Part shown: piece by piece, positions 13,162 through 24,049 of the stretch | How the letters are laid out: each line of letters starts with the position of its first letter | Numbering within the stretch: the stretch's first letter is position 1 | Origin: Tubulanus polymorphus | Taxonomy: Eukaryota; Animalia; Nemertea | Assembly (NCBI RefSeq): GCF_964204645.1 | Contig: NC_134026.1 | Location: 19,846,467 to 19,910,466 of the forward strand | DNA length: 64,000 nt | Direction of reading: 5' to 3' | Made by a program: the position numbers and the translations under genes | The notes under the pieces: model-generated | What the model was told of the DNA's origin: nothing | The model's input: the letters and a program-made list of their open reading frames with translations, nothing else | Databases searched by the model: none

Positions 13162-13299
13162 ATGGATGAAGCGTTACGGTGTTATATTTCGATACTATTT
13201 CTTTCGCGGAATGCCAAGAGTTCTTGTCTCCGATCCGGACATCATGAAATATATCATGGTAACGAATCAGAAGAATTTCGAGAAATCGACTGAGATTGG
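13162..13299 (+). CDS. CYP4 exon 3: (x)WMKRYGVIFRYYFFRGMPRVLVSDPDIMKYIMVTNQKNFEKSTEIG
   Basis: Acceptor tgtag; donor GG|gtacgt. Matches the CYP4V2 region [38 protein letters not shown]. Confidence 0.8.
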
Positions 13300-13698
13300 G
13301 TACGTGCGCAAAAAAAGTATTCATTTACTACAGCGAAATCTTGTTACAATAAACTCTTCACGCAACAGAAAAATAAGTTTGTTCTAACCGATAGTTCGTT
13401 CCAATATGACATTATTATTAAAATTGTCCTATTTGAGATGAAATTCTAGGATTGTACTTCCAGGTAAGTGATAAATTGTAACGAGGGTCCATTGTTAATG
13501 TATAGGAGGATGAGCCCTGTTGTTTTTTGTGGGGAGTTTTTGACCTATGTAGGTCATCCAACAAGGCTGCCAAAGCCATATTTGTAGAACCTTATGTTCG
13601 ACTGAAGGGTTTTGCTAGCATAGCTGTAGTTTCGTTTTGCAAATGTATGCGGAATATATGACATTATATAGCCTATTTGCGTGCTGTTTACATTTCAG

Positions 13699-13805
13699 GC
13701 TTCTTTCATTTGTTCTGCGTAACGGACTCGTCACATCAAATGGTGATGTCCATCGGCAGCACAGGAAACTAGCGAATCCAGCTTTTACTATCAAGTCTAT
13801 TAAAA
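13699..13805 (+). CDS. CYP4 exon 4: (G)LLSFVLRNGLVTSNGDVHRQHRKLANPAFTIKSIK
   Basis: Acceptor catttcag; donor A|gtgagt. Matches the CYP4 motif [25 protein letters not shown]. Confidence 0.8.
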
Positions 13806-14254
13806 GTGAGTGACAACTGTAAACATTGCTTAACTCGGGAGTTTACTGGTAATAGAGTGCAGTTATAACCCAAAAAATTACCATTTCTTTTCGTATTTCT
13901 TACCGTACTTCAGCAGGACCCGCTAAAGAATGACCATTTTGTAATTTCATTTCGGATTTAGCAATTTTGTTTCGTATTTAAGAAGGATCCGCCTAACTCG
14001 GACAAACTGGAATTGGTAAAATTGGTAAAATTAGGTAGTTAAAAGGATAGGGAAATATGTTGAGCAGTCAGAAAAATGATTTAGTTTTTGTCCAAGTAAG
14101 TCAAAAGTCTGAAGTTGGCCATATCCGAGTAAGGCGTGGTTTAACTGTAGTCATGGAAAATGTTGAATGTCTTGATTGGTAAGGCCCCGAGGCTGCAGAT
14201 CGATCACTCGTGAGCCCTTTAATAAATCATCACAACATCTCTGCTGTTGTTTAG

Positions 14255-14376
14255 AGATGATGCCCATATTCAAAAAGAAGAGCGTCGAGTTGGTCGACCT
14301 GTGGACTAGTAAGATGGATAAGAAAATTGACGGCGATAAGTGTATAGTTCCAGTATTCGAAGATCTAATGAGAATG
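14255..14376 (+). CDS. CYP4 exon 5: (K)MMPIFKKKSVELVDLWTSKMDKKIDGDKCIVPVFEDLMRM
   Basis: Acceptor tgtttag; donor ATG|gtatga. Phases are consistent with exons 4 and 6. Confidence 0.8.
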
Positions 14377-14493
14377 GTATGACCTAGTCAACAGCGATGC
14401 ATGCTCACCGCGATAAGTTGTTCTGCTTTGTTTGCTATAATCAAAATTATTTCCAACTTCTGTTGAAGCCGTGATGTGAATGCATATTTTCAG

Positions 14494-14606
14494 ACGTTGG
14501 ATGTTATAGGTTTATGCGCATTTAGTTACAACTTCGACTGTCTTCATGATCCGGACAATGAGATCAATAAGCACTTTCAAGGCGTCATCGGTGGCATTTA
14601 TCCAAG
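14494..14606 (+). CDS. CYP4 exon 6: TLDVIGLCAFSYNFDCLHDPDNEINKHFQGVIGGIYP(S)
   Basis: Acceptor atattttcag; donor AG|gtagac. Matches CYP4 ITLCALDIICETAMG... Confidence 0.8.
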
Positions 14607-15323
14607 GTAGACTAAGGGTTTTATTTCGGTATTGTTTCTTTACAGCCGTATATGCCTTAGCACAAAAAGGGGAAATACGTGACTGAAGTTTATATACAAT
14701 TAACGTTTTATCCTCAATCCTATCTTCTGAGTCAAGATGGACTGTGAACCCTGGCATGTGGCTGTCGAGGGTTCATACCATGGCATCTAAAGACTTTCGG
14801 TTCGAAACCCTGCAAGGATGGATGGTTCAGTTAGCTGTCATTAGCACGGAAATTAACAAATTCCAGGATAATAATAATGATAATAATTACGCGTATTTAA
14901 AGTGCCAGTATCCTCTGCAATTAAGTGATCACTTGACACCTGGCTAGTGGGATAGAATATTATTGAGCAGCTGCCCGTCAAAATAGATGGGTTTGATTTG
15001 CCAGGATTTCTTTTTTGGGAAGGGCGATATAGGGTGAAGAGCAACTGTAAAGAAACCTGTATTCCAACACAAATACCGGGGTAGCAGAAAACATTTAGAA
15101 TTTGATGATCTCATTTTTAGAATTTCCACAGCCACTTATAGAGGGAGGTATGCCCACAGCCCCTGACTCTACCGCTGGGATCTTAAAAAATTGTTTTTCA
15201 TATAACTGAACAATAAACAATAATGAAACCATCCTGTACATTTATATCGTTGTTTTAGCCCACTTGGGACTTAAGTCCCAGTTACTATTATATATGACCC
15301 CTAGTTACTATATTTATTTTTAG

Positions 15324-15457
15324 TTGGGAAATGTTGTTACCTTATTATCAGTACATTCCATTTTTACCAAATATGAGTCGAATGCGACATCATTTGAAAG
15401 CTGCTGATGAAGTCGTTCTTTCCGTGATTCATGAACGTATGGAAAAGATTTCCACCG
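15324..15457 (+). CDS. CYP4 exon 7: WEMLLPYYQYIPFLPNMSRMRHHLKAADEVVLSVIHERMEKIST(G)
   Basis: Acceptor tatttattttag; donor ACC G|gtaagt. The phase only works with this acceptor, not with the nearer tatcag. Confidence 0.75.
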
Positions 15458-15663
15458 GTAAGTCTTGTACATGACATAGAACCACAGTTGACTCGGCGCA
15501 AGTCATGTTTTCGTGACACCTCATATGAAATACATTACATTTAATAACACGGCTACAGTATCTTACATGCCTGACGTATGTTTGTGGTCGCATGACTCGT
15601 CAAACATCGGACTGGTCTGGAAAGCAGAGATTAAACATTTTTGTACTGTCACCTGTTTTACAG

Positions 15664-15791
15664 ATGGTGGGAACATCGATTACGATCTTCTTGGTATGCT
15701 GATGATGGCTAAGGATGAAGAAACTGGACAAGGAATGACTTCTGAAGAACTCAGGGATGAAGTATTGACCTTCCTTTTGGCAGGCCATGAG
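15664..15791 (+). CDS. CYP4 exon 8: (D)[42 protein letters not shown]
   Basis: Acceptor ctgttttacag; donor GAG|gtaggc. Contains the CYP4 signature EVxTFxFxGHE (continued as TT in exon 9). Confidence 0.85.
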
Positions 15792-16448
15792 GTAGGCACA
15801 TGAATGTCGCTCGTCGCTATATCCCTATACTATTGTTAGATTTCGGTATTTGAATATTTTTTAGTACATTAATTCCAAACTTACGTTGCCTTTATTAAGC
15901 TATTACTGATTCCTGATGACTATTAGTTACAGTTGAAATCAATAAATTATTAGCTTAAAAGAAACTGTTTGGACTTCATTTTTCTCATTTTATTAGTGTG
16001 GGATTCTCAATTTATTGTCAAAAAATGGTTGTAGTGTTTATCAGTGGTTTTGGTAATACATCATAGCATTTTGCTCAAATGCTTGCTGCAATTTGTAGTT
16101 GTAATTGTAATTATCTCTAATGAAAATGAATCAAATCAAATAATCTCTAATGAAAATGAATCAAATCAAATAATTTTGAAAATCGTTCCTTGAGATATGG
16201 CCAATTAACAAAAGGCAGAGTTTTGATTTCATGGAGCAAAGTCACAGTGATGTATATCGTTGTATGTATGTATATCGTTAGTCTTAAGTTCATCAGAAAA
16301 ATTTCCCAACTAAAGATCAATTAAGTAAGAAGATTTGCTCAGTTACTGATTTCTTCAGATCTTCAATCAGTTCTAAACTGTTTAACTGATATTTGTTGAA
16401 ATAAACAACACTGCATCTTTGTTCAAATGCCTATGACTCTTTCAACAG

Positions 16449-16624
16449 ACAACCAGTGTCGGTGTAACATGGGTCTTATATCACCTGGCCGATCATATTC
16501 ACATACAAAATCATCTGAGGGATGAGATCCATAACGTACTGATGCAAGAGAACACAAATGATTTAAGCTACGAAACGTTTGAAAAGATGCCATATTTGGA
16601 CGCAGTCATCAATGAAACGCTGAG
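16449..16624 (+). CDS. CYP4 exon 9: TTSVGVTWVLYHLADHIHIQNHLRDEIHNVLMQENTNDLSYETFEKMPYLDAVINETL(R)
   Basis: Acceptor tttcaacag; donor AG|gtaagg. Contains the ETLR K-helix motif. Confidence 0.85.
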
Positions 16625-17997
16625 GTAAGGTGGATTGTATTAATATTGAGTTGTTTCACTATCCGGGGCTGGCAGAAGCAAGTTGACTGGGACTATTTGA
16701 GACCATAGTTTTCTGGTATCATGATTCAGAATGACGATTTATCATTGATCGTTAATAAATGTTATGGATCATAATGTTTTAAACGCATCTGTTTCCAATT
16801 GTACATATACGCTTTCAGGCTTGGGAGCAGGCCTAACTTCAGTTTTTCAATAACCTTCAGGAAAGAAATCATCATGGGCAAAATTGTCGACCAAACCCCT
16901 TGAAAAAAATAGGCCACATTAGTTTTGCCTCTCATGTGATACAGATGGGTGTGGCCTTGGCGAGTGGGTTACTTGGGAAAAAGATGGCGGCTGATTAAAG
17001 CGACAATAATCTGACGTATTACGATGTGGAGAATGTTGGATGTTGCGGTATTGAATGTTGGATGGCAATGCATTTGGGCAAAGTCACCCAATATCGTTCA
17101 TTTATTTGCAACGACCCATGGAGCCGATCTAGGGAAATTGAAAGCCCAGGGTCCAGAAGAGAAGAAAGGCACTGTTCATTCAGTACGTACGCAAAAATAG
17201 GACCTTTTTTCAAGTTCCTACCTTCTGTACGCACATCGTACTATATTGCCGATGACCTTACGTGCTCAATGATTAATCATGTAGTATAAAAAACAAAAAC
17301 AAACACTTGTTAGTAGTCTACTGGTCTGTTTTATTTTTAAAGTATAGATAAATTATTTGAGACTTTAATTACCGTATCATGCCATAAGTTTGCCCCTCTT
17401 GAAGGGATTTACTAGGATGCAGCATTTTGAAAAGGGCAATGAATTCATTATCTTGTTCCAGACTCATGGCTGAATTAATACCTACAGATGAGTAAGGTCC
17501 AGGCTACTACAAAATTATACCGTAGAAATTAGAGCACTTTGATTTTTGAAGTACGTACGCTTTGTGTAAATAGCTAACTAGCTTTGCAGGTAGATCGTAC
17601 GCTTTTGCCGTTGAGGTCGTTGAGGGTTTGCGAACGTACTTAATGAATGGTCCCAAAAGGCATTTCTCGGATAGAGCACCCATGTCAAAGGCCACTCAGG
17701 GTCAACCCCGGATGAGCGTTAAATTTGCAGGTTTCATCGATCTCTTTCTAGATGAAAAGGAGGTTACCTCTGTGGGAAGGCAGGGTCCGGGCCCCTGAGA
17801 CTTCCCCCTAATTCCTGAGAGTGTAATCAAATAAGCATATCAAACAGACTACGTATCTATTTAAGTCAAGAGTTTTTCTTTCCTCGCAGAAATCTAATGA
17901 AAGATGTATGATTTGCATATACATGCATTTAGCGTTGAAAATAGAATAATGAACATTAAAAGGTACTTTCATGCGTTTTTGGCCTTTGTTTATGTAG

Positions 17998-18111
17998 ATT
18001 CACACCTCCAGTTGTTATGGTCGTAAGAAAATCAAAAGATCACGATGTTTTGGGTGGTTACGAAGTTCCTGCTGGTACAAATATTTTGTTAGCAACTGGT
18101 GCTATGATGAG
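17998..18111 (+). CDS. CYP4 exon 10: FTPPVVMVVRKSKDHDVLGGYEVPAGTNILLATGAMM(R)
   Basis: Acceptor tttatgtag; donor AG|gtatgt. Aligns with CYP4V2 [37 protein letters not shown]. Confidence 0.85.
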
Positions 18112-19082
18112 GTATGTTGAGTAAGCTAAACGATGCCACTTTCCAATGTTAATATTAAACTAGATTAATTTGTCTTAACGCTGGTTGAATTTTGCTCAAC
18201 AATGAATACATGGAACCTAACGCAAACATATTATAGATATACCTATAATTTCGTCTCTCAAGAGAAAATTTAGTGAATCTTTATACTGTACTGAATATGA
18301 CGAGCTATCAGTGACCATCCATATCAGATATGATTAAAAATACATAAAGAGCCTCTTTATGTATTTTTGATATCCCCGGTAATGAATAGATTTGTAGATC
18401 GGCTTAAGTTCATTGACAAAAGGTTCCATTGTATTTAGGTATTACTAGGATAGATCAGCGCAGCTTTGTTTGAATATTGTTACTCAGTTATTGTATAGTG
18501 TGTATATAGTATACTGACTTCTAAAGTCCATTCAGTGTTATACTTGATAAAAGCTAAAAAGAAATTATGCCATTATATCGTTTCTCCTAATCAACTTTTG
18601 GTCATTTTGTAAATCGCGATAAAATTTGTAATCACTTCATTTCATTAGCTGATGGGTCTGTTACGGTAAGCTTGATCATGATTTTCAAAAAAGTAATGTA
18701 CAGTGGGTAGATAGGCGACTGGCCGGTTTAACTTTTAAGCTCAGCGGAAAGGAGAAATTAGGTATTTTTTCAGCCTAACAGCTAAACTTATACCTATATA
18801 GATTTATCTGTTTGTAACCACCTCTATCCCAGCCACAGTACTCTCTAATTAACGTATGTTGAATTATTCTACGTCTGGCATGGTCGTTTGTTTTGTGGTG
18901 TATTTCGACCCTGGAGTTGGATCCAAATAAGAATTGGGTATTTCAGCCCTGGAGTTCCATTCGGTAACAATACCATTGTTAATAACAATTATGAATTGTC
19001 TAATCTTTGAGCTCCTGGACTTAAAAGCTTATTGTGAAATAAATAGATATATTGATCTAATAAAATAGCCCAAATGCAGATC

Positions 19083-19135
19083 ATTATGAAGTTTCTGCTG
19101 GTAGAAATATTTTGGTAGCAACTGGTACAGTTTGT
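19083..19135 (+). pseudogene. Decayed partial duplicate of CYP4 exon 10, located in intron 10
   Basis: tcattatgaagtttctgctggtagaaatattttggtagcaactggtacag resembles exon-10 cgaagttcctgctggtacaaatattttgttagcaactggtgct. There is no open frame or splice context. Confidence 0.5.
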
Positions 19136-19419
19136 AGGCTCGAATCCCGGCAGGGTTTCGATCTAGCCTTTCCTTTCCACTCAATTAGGGAAGGGAAACT
19201 TCAAACCTGCCAGTAATGGGTTGAGGGGCGAAAGAAAATGATTTTGACAAAACACACATTCAACATATGCATAGAATCAAGATTCATACAGACATATACA
19301 TGTATAGTCTTAATAAATTTTTCGTAGAATTATAAATTCTTCATTGAACTATTTTAATGCCGGGCTCTCTGATTTGTGATGGTCCTGACAAACTGGGAAT
19401 GCCTACTTCTAAATTCCCA

Positions 19420-19620
19420 TCCTCGCTTGCCAGGCTTTGATTTTGCCTCCCGCCTATGCTCACACCAACACAAACCCTGCCTGCTGAGGCTTTATTGGTC
19501 TATTACACCACCCATGGATTCTTAGGTGGACAGGTTGCCGCTCAGCAGCAATGAAGGGTTTGCGGCCAGGGTTTGTGTTGGCGTGAGCTTCGGTGGGTGG
19601 CAATCCAAAGCCTGGTAAAC
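19420..19620. repeat. Hairpin-forming inverted repeat (MITE-like), about 200 bp, in CYP4 intron 10
   Basis: ctcacaccaacacaaaccctgcc at about 19460 pairs with ggccagggtttgtgttggcgtgag at about 19565. ccaggctttgattttgcc at about 19430 pairs with ggcaatccaaagcctgg at about 19600. Confidence 0.6.
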
Positions 19621-19743
19621 ACGGATGCTACATTCCAAGAGTGAAGCATTCTTATTAGCCCCTCTCCTCTCGCCCCTTGATAGGAATCGCTACTTTTTCT
19701 GTATGAGCACCGATACCACATCTTTGTTAATTTTTTCATTCAG

Positions 19744-20011
19744 GAATGAACAATTTTGGGATGACCCAGATACGTTCGATCCCGACCGATTCTACCGAAA
19801 GGAAGTCGATTCGTCGAAGTTTTTGCCATTCGTAGCCGGTCCTCGTATGTGCATCGGTTATAAATTCGCGTTGCTCGAAATGAAAATGATCGTCGCTCGC
19901 GCGTTGAGGTCGTTTCGATTTACGAAGATCCCCGGCAGCAATTACACGAAAAAGATACGCGTCACCATGAGGCCGGATCCTCCGCTCGAGTTGTATATCA
20001 AAGCTGTTTGA
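19744..20011 (+). CDS. CYP4 terminal exon with heme-binding loop: (R)NEQFWDDPDTFDPDRFYRKEVDSSKFLPFVAGPRMCIGYKFALLEMKMIVARALRSFRF...ELYIKAV*
   Basis: Acceptor ttttttcattcag. Contains the P450 Cys-ligand motif FxxGxRxCxG (FVAGPRMCIG) and the PDRF motif. Stop TGA at 20009-20011. Confidence 0.9.
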
Positions 20012-20544
20012 GTGAATCATAGCTAGAGCGTCGTCGCTACGGCAGGGATTCGGACCTGATGGCATCGCTAGACTCGGCTGTGGCATGAAATCCTGCCACA
20101 CAACGGGGGTGTGCTGAAAGAAAATTTGTGGCACCAATCGGATTGCTTGTATAATCGCTGGGGCGAATTTCACGCGGAAGAACTATAACTAGAAAAACCC
20201 AGGCTGAAACAAAGAGATAATTTCTGATTGGTAAATAATGACATCTAAGCAGCGCATGTAGCTCCGCACCCGGTCTAGGGTGGCAGGTTTTCGCAACATG
20301 GCAGCCTCACTTCCGTCAGGTTTTAATCCATTTGGTGCAGGATGACCTAGAGAGTTTTTAGGACGATCGAAAATCATAGATGCGTTAACGAGATAAACCT
20401 CATTTTTTGAATGACTATATAGGGTCTTACTCGTGATGTCATAGTTCGTTTGCCAACTAGTGCACAGGGGCTGGTCGCAATCGGTAGTGAATGAACAAAA
20501 CCAGTATCAGCCACCTGAAAACTGATTTTATTTGAGATCTTATA

Positions 20545-20748
20545 CAGTGGAACCTCGTTATAACGAACTCTGATATAACGATTCATCGGATATAACAAAT
20601 AAAGAATTTCATCCCAAGTAAAAGAATTTGATTAATTTCATACTGGATATAACGAACTATCGGTTATACGCAGAAGAGTTATAGAATCCATGGTAATAAC
20701 GAACATATTTTCTGGTGCCGTGAAGTTCGTTGTAGCGAGGTCCCACTG
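20545..20748. mobile_element. MITE of about 204 bp with TIRs cagtggaacctcgtta.../...cgaggtcccactg, flanked by a TA target site duplication (Tc1/mariner or Stowaway-like)
   Basis: TA at 20543-44 and at 20749-50. Related copy at 46128-46286. Solo end fragments occur at about 3995-4040 and 13480-13510. Confidence 0.75.
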
Positions 20749-20929
20749 TAGTAGCTTCATCGGGTACCTTATTTACGCGATGAAGCTACTATGCACTGAT
20801 AGCGGAAGCACGTGATATCAAACAAAATCAGTTACTTTTTGATTAATTTGATACAAATTGTGAAGAAACATGATAACTTTAATAAAATCTGTCGAAAATC
20901 GTGAAAATGTGAACAATTAAGAAAAGTAT

Positions 20930-21250
20930 CTGGTCTAAATGTGTTGATCCTCTTTTTATGACATATAAATGGAGCTCAGAATTTGTGCAAACTGTGTTAA
21001 AGTTTTAAAGAAATTTCCATTTTCGATCAGTCCATATTGTGACCAGTCACCGCTCATGTTATTGTGACCTAAAAAGTCGATTGTTAGGTTAAAGAAAAGC
21101 GTGAAAATTCTAGTGTTAATCAACTTAACTTCCAAGACTTGAATGAACTTGATCTATGCACAAGCATTATATAATCTCTTTACATTTCCTTTACTTTCTT
21201 ATTACCTATATTCGGGATAACAATGTTAATTATTTTGCGTATATACATAA
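20930..21250. repeat. Interspersed repeat family; second copy at 33340-33600
   Basis: Shared blocks: ggagctcagaattt..., gaaaattc(t/a)agtgttaatcaa(c/t)ttaac..., aatgaacttgatctat...caagcattatataatct(c/a)tttacattt. Confidence 0.6.
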
Positions 21251-21444
21251 ATTATGAAATTATTGTCTGCCATATAGAAAGTTTATTATATTGAAAACTT
21301 ATATACTCAAGATATTTTGGAGATTTTAATTTGTAATTATGAACTTACTCTATGAACGTTATGAACATTTTATTTATGCCAATAAAGAAATTCTGATTAC
21401 TAATATGTGTTTGAAAAGTCTGAACTCTTGGCACCATTTGAACT

Positions 21445-22375
21445 AATCATAACCTGTCGTTCCAGATTATAAAGAATTTTGATGTTTTAGATTTCGAACC
21501 ACTTGTATCTGATGTGCATGCGGCCATTAGAAACAACACCTAATGTCTATTTATTAATTGATGAGACCTGTTTTTCTTGGATATTTTGCTTACTTTTTGG
21601 GGTACATACCTCATTGATGTCTTTACAGAATGCCAAAAATCGCGGACAACAACTGAATATCCGATATATTTCCAGTTCCGTACCAATTAGATGGATTGGC
21701 AAAAAGACTCCTTAAGTCCAGTTGAATGAGAGAGAAAATCCTCCATTTTGTGAAATTTCTTGAATTTTTACATTGTCACCATGCCTACGAAATGAAGTTA
21801 TTTTTCTTGTGGGGTCTCAACAACTAAATCAGGGTGGCGTAGGCATGGTAACAATGTTCAAATCCAAGAAATTTGACAAAATGGAGGATTTTCTCTCTCA
21901 TTCAACTGGACTTAAGGAGTCTTTTTGCCAATCCATCTAATTGGTACAGAACTGGAAATATATCGGATATTCAGTTGTTGTCCGCGATTTTTGGCATTCT
22001 GTTAAGACATAAATGAGGTATGTACCCCAAAAAGTAAGCAAAATATCCAAGAAAAACAGGTCTCATCAATTAATAAATAGACATTAGTAGACAGTTTTTT
22101 AATAAAGAAGTTTCCAGTTTCTAGGTGCCATTTTGTGGCGGTCCCTCGAGGTCCCTATTGTTGCGATAATTTGCGCTCAGTTTTAAAACATAAGTTTAGA
22201 TTGAATATCATATAGTTCTGCAGTCCCTTGCTCGACGAAATCAATTTATACACCATTTTAAAGGAAATGAAATGCAGATATTTGCTGGCGATTCTTGGAA
22301 TTTTTGAACGCAACAATTGAGAACAGTGACGATGTGAAACCAAGGACCGCATATCTTAACCGTGCGTAAAAGAAA
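21445..22375. repeat. Copy 1 of a local tandem duplication (unit about 465 bp, aatcataacctgtcgttccagattataaag...) that carries the foldback insertion at 21543-22084
   Basis: Segments 21445-21540 and 22087-22375 are repeated at 22381-22470 and 22556-22845. Confidence 0.8.
21543..22084. mobile_element. 542-bp foldback/palindromic MITE inserted at a TA dinucleotide. The uninterrupted (empty) target is preserved in the adjacent duplicate at 22551-22560.
   Basis: Filled site: cacc-TA-[atgtctatttattaattgatgag ... ctcatcaattaataaatagacat]-TA-gtagacag. Empty site in copy 2: cacc-TA-gtagacag. The arms (21543-21760 and 21840-22084) are reverse complements; the spacer also carries the small palindrome ttgtcaccatgcctacg/cgtaggcatggtaacaa. 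Confidence 0.85.
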
Positions 22376-22380
22376 TCGCA

Positions 22381-22845
22381 ATCATAACCTGTCGTTCCAG
22401 ATTATAAAGAATTTTGATGTTTTAGATTTCGAACCACTTGTATCTGATGTGCATGCGGCCATTATTTGCGAAATTAAAATCATCAAAAAAATCCACACTG
22501 AAGAAGCCCAACCCGGCAACAACTATAAGATGGAAACAACACCTAGTAGACAGTTTTTTAATAAAGAAGTTTCCAGTTTCTAGGCGCCATTTTGTGGCGG
22601 TCCCTCGAGGTCCCTATTGTTGCGATAATTTGCGCTCAATTTTAAAACATAAGTTTAGATTGAATATCATATAGTTCTGCAGTCCCTTGCTCGACGAAAT
22701 CAATTTATACACCATTTTAAAGGAAATGAAATGCAGATATTTGCTGGCGATTCTTGGAATTTTTGAACGCAACAATTGAGAACAGTGACGATGTGAAACC
22801 AAGGACCGCATATCCTAACCGTGCGTAAAAGAAATCGCAATATTT
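22381..22845. repeat. Copy 2 of the local tandem duplication (carries the empty site). It contains a 78-bp segment that copy 1 lacks.
   Basis: Identical 65-aa minus-strand ORFs (22155..22352 and 22614..22811) are a consequence of the duplication and are not genes. Confidence 0.8.
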
Positions 22846-24049
22846 ATTAATTTTAAAATATCTAAGTATCTCTTCAAGCTATATTTCCTGTTTTCACAGA
22901 GGTTAAAGAGGGTTATTTGCAGTTTAAGCCTGCGTTGAATTTTTTTAAATATCTTTCCTGACGACTGATCTGTACCCGCTTGAGTTTGAGATTACGCGCG
23001 AAAGGGGTCTGCCCACTGCGCACCGCCATTTCACTGAACATTGAGATTTGTGAAAAGAAATCGCAAAAATAAGATTTTATACTGGTTTGTAATTATCAAT
23101 ATTGCTTCTGATGGTTATATATTACCTTTATTTTCGTATGGTTGAAAATGGACTTTGAGTGTTTTGATGAATTCGAGTTTTGTAGCGTTGGGAAATTAAA
23201 GGATTTCTTGTAAGAGTGGGGACTTTCTGTGTTGGTTGCAAATGTGGCCTAGTTGATAACCTAATTTGCGTTTCAACCGAATGTACCACTCATGGTTGGA
23301 CACTAGAAAAAAAATCTAAGTTTTTATATATTTTTGAATATGCGGCGCAGCTGAAAGTTGCCAAACTGGACGTTGACCCCCTAAAACAGAATATCAAATG
23401 GGGACAGATATGAACCCCTTTAAATATTATATTGGAATTTTATATCAGTAAGGTTTTCTGGTCGATGTTTTCCAGCAAGAAGGTTGAGATTCATTAAATT
23501 CATCGTATGATCGTAGAATGAGGGATTACTAGAGAGAGATATGTGTTAAATATGTCCTAAGCGTTTAAATCTACTGGCACATTTCACCATCGACTCTAAA
23601 ACGTTTGATTTCACCGAACACAAAATCGGCGCTAGGCTGGACGGGCTGTATACGACAATTCCTCAACTGGACCGTTCACACTTCAATAGCGGGACAAACC
23701 GGATCCCGAAACCAGATTAACTAATTGCCCCCGCCAAAATACGGTACAAAGAAGATATGGATTATCATCTAGGACTCGACGGACAATTTACCGCCGGTCA
23801 AAACAGGTCCATAAAAGGACACGTTCTGTACATAGTAAGTTGGAAACGAATAGAGATTTTCGTAAGTATAAGTGACTAATTAAGATAAATAAGAGGGCTG
23901 GTGTATCGTGTTTTAATGCATCTCTGCGGCAAATGCATAACGCGCGTCCTCGACAATTCTGGAAAATCTTCAGGAAAACAGGTGACAGAGACTGCATAGC
24001 GTCCCTTGACGATCTATATTCTATGAGAATTTAAATCGAAACCCGCGAA

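Noticed and set aside
13166-13387. ORF extends past CYP4 exon 3 (..YVRKKSIHLLQRNLVTINSS)
   Set aside because: Read-through into the intron beyond the GG|gtacgt donor; only 13162-13299 is exon.
19130-19210. Possible tRNA-derived SINE head (aggctcgaatcccggcagggtttcga)
   Set aside because: Only a T-arm-like motif; no complete cloverleaf or A/B boxes could be traced by eye. Left unannotated.
22155-22811. Two identical 65-aa minus-strand ORFs (MRSLVSHRHCSQLLRSK..)
   Set aside because: Identical because they lie in the two copies of a local duplication. No splice context or homology.
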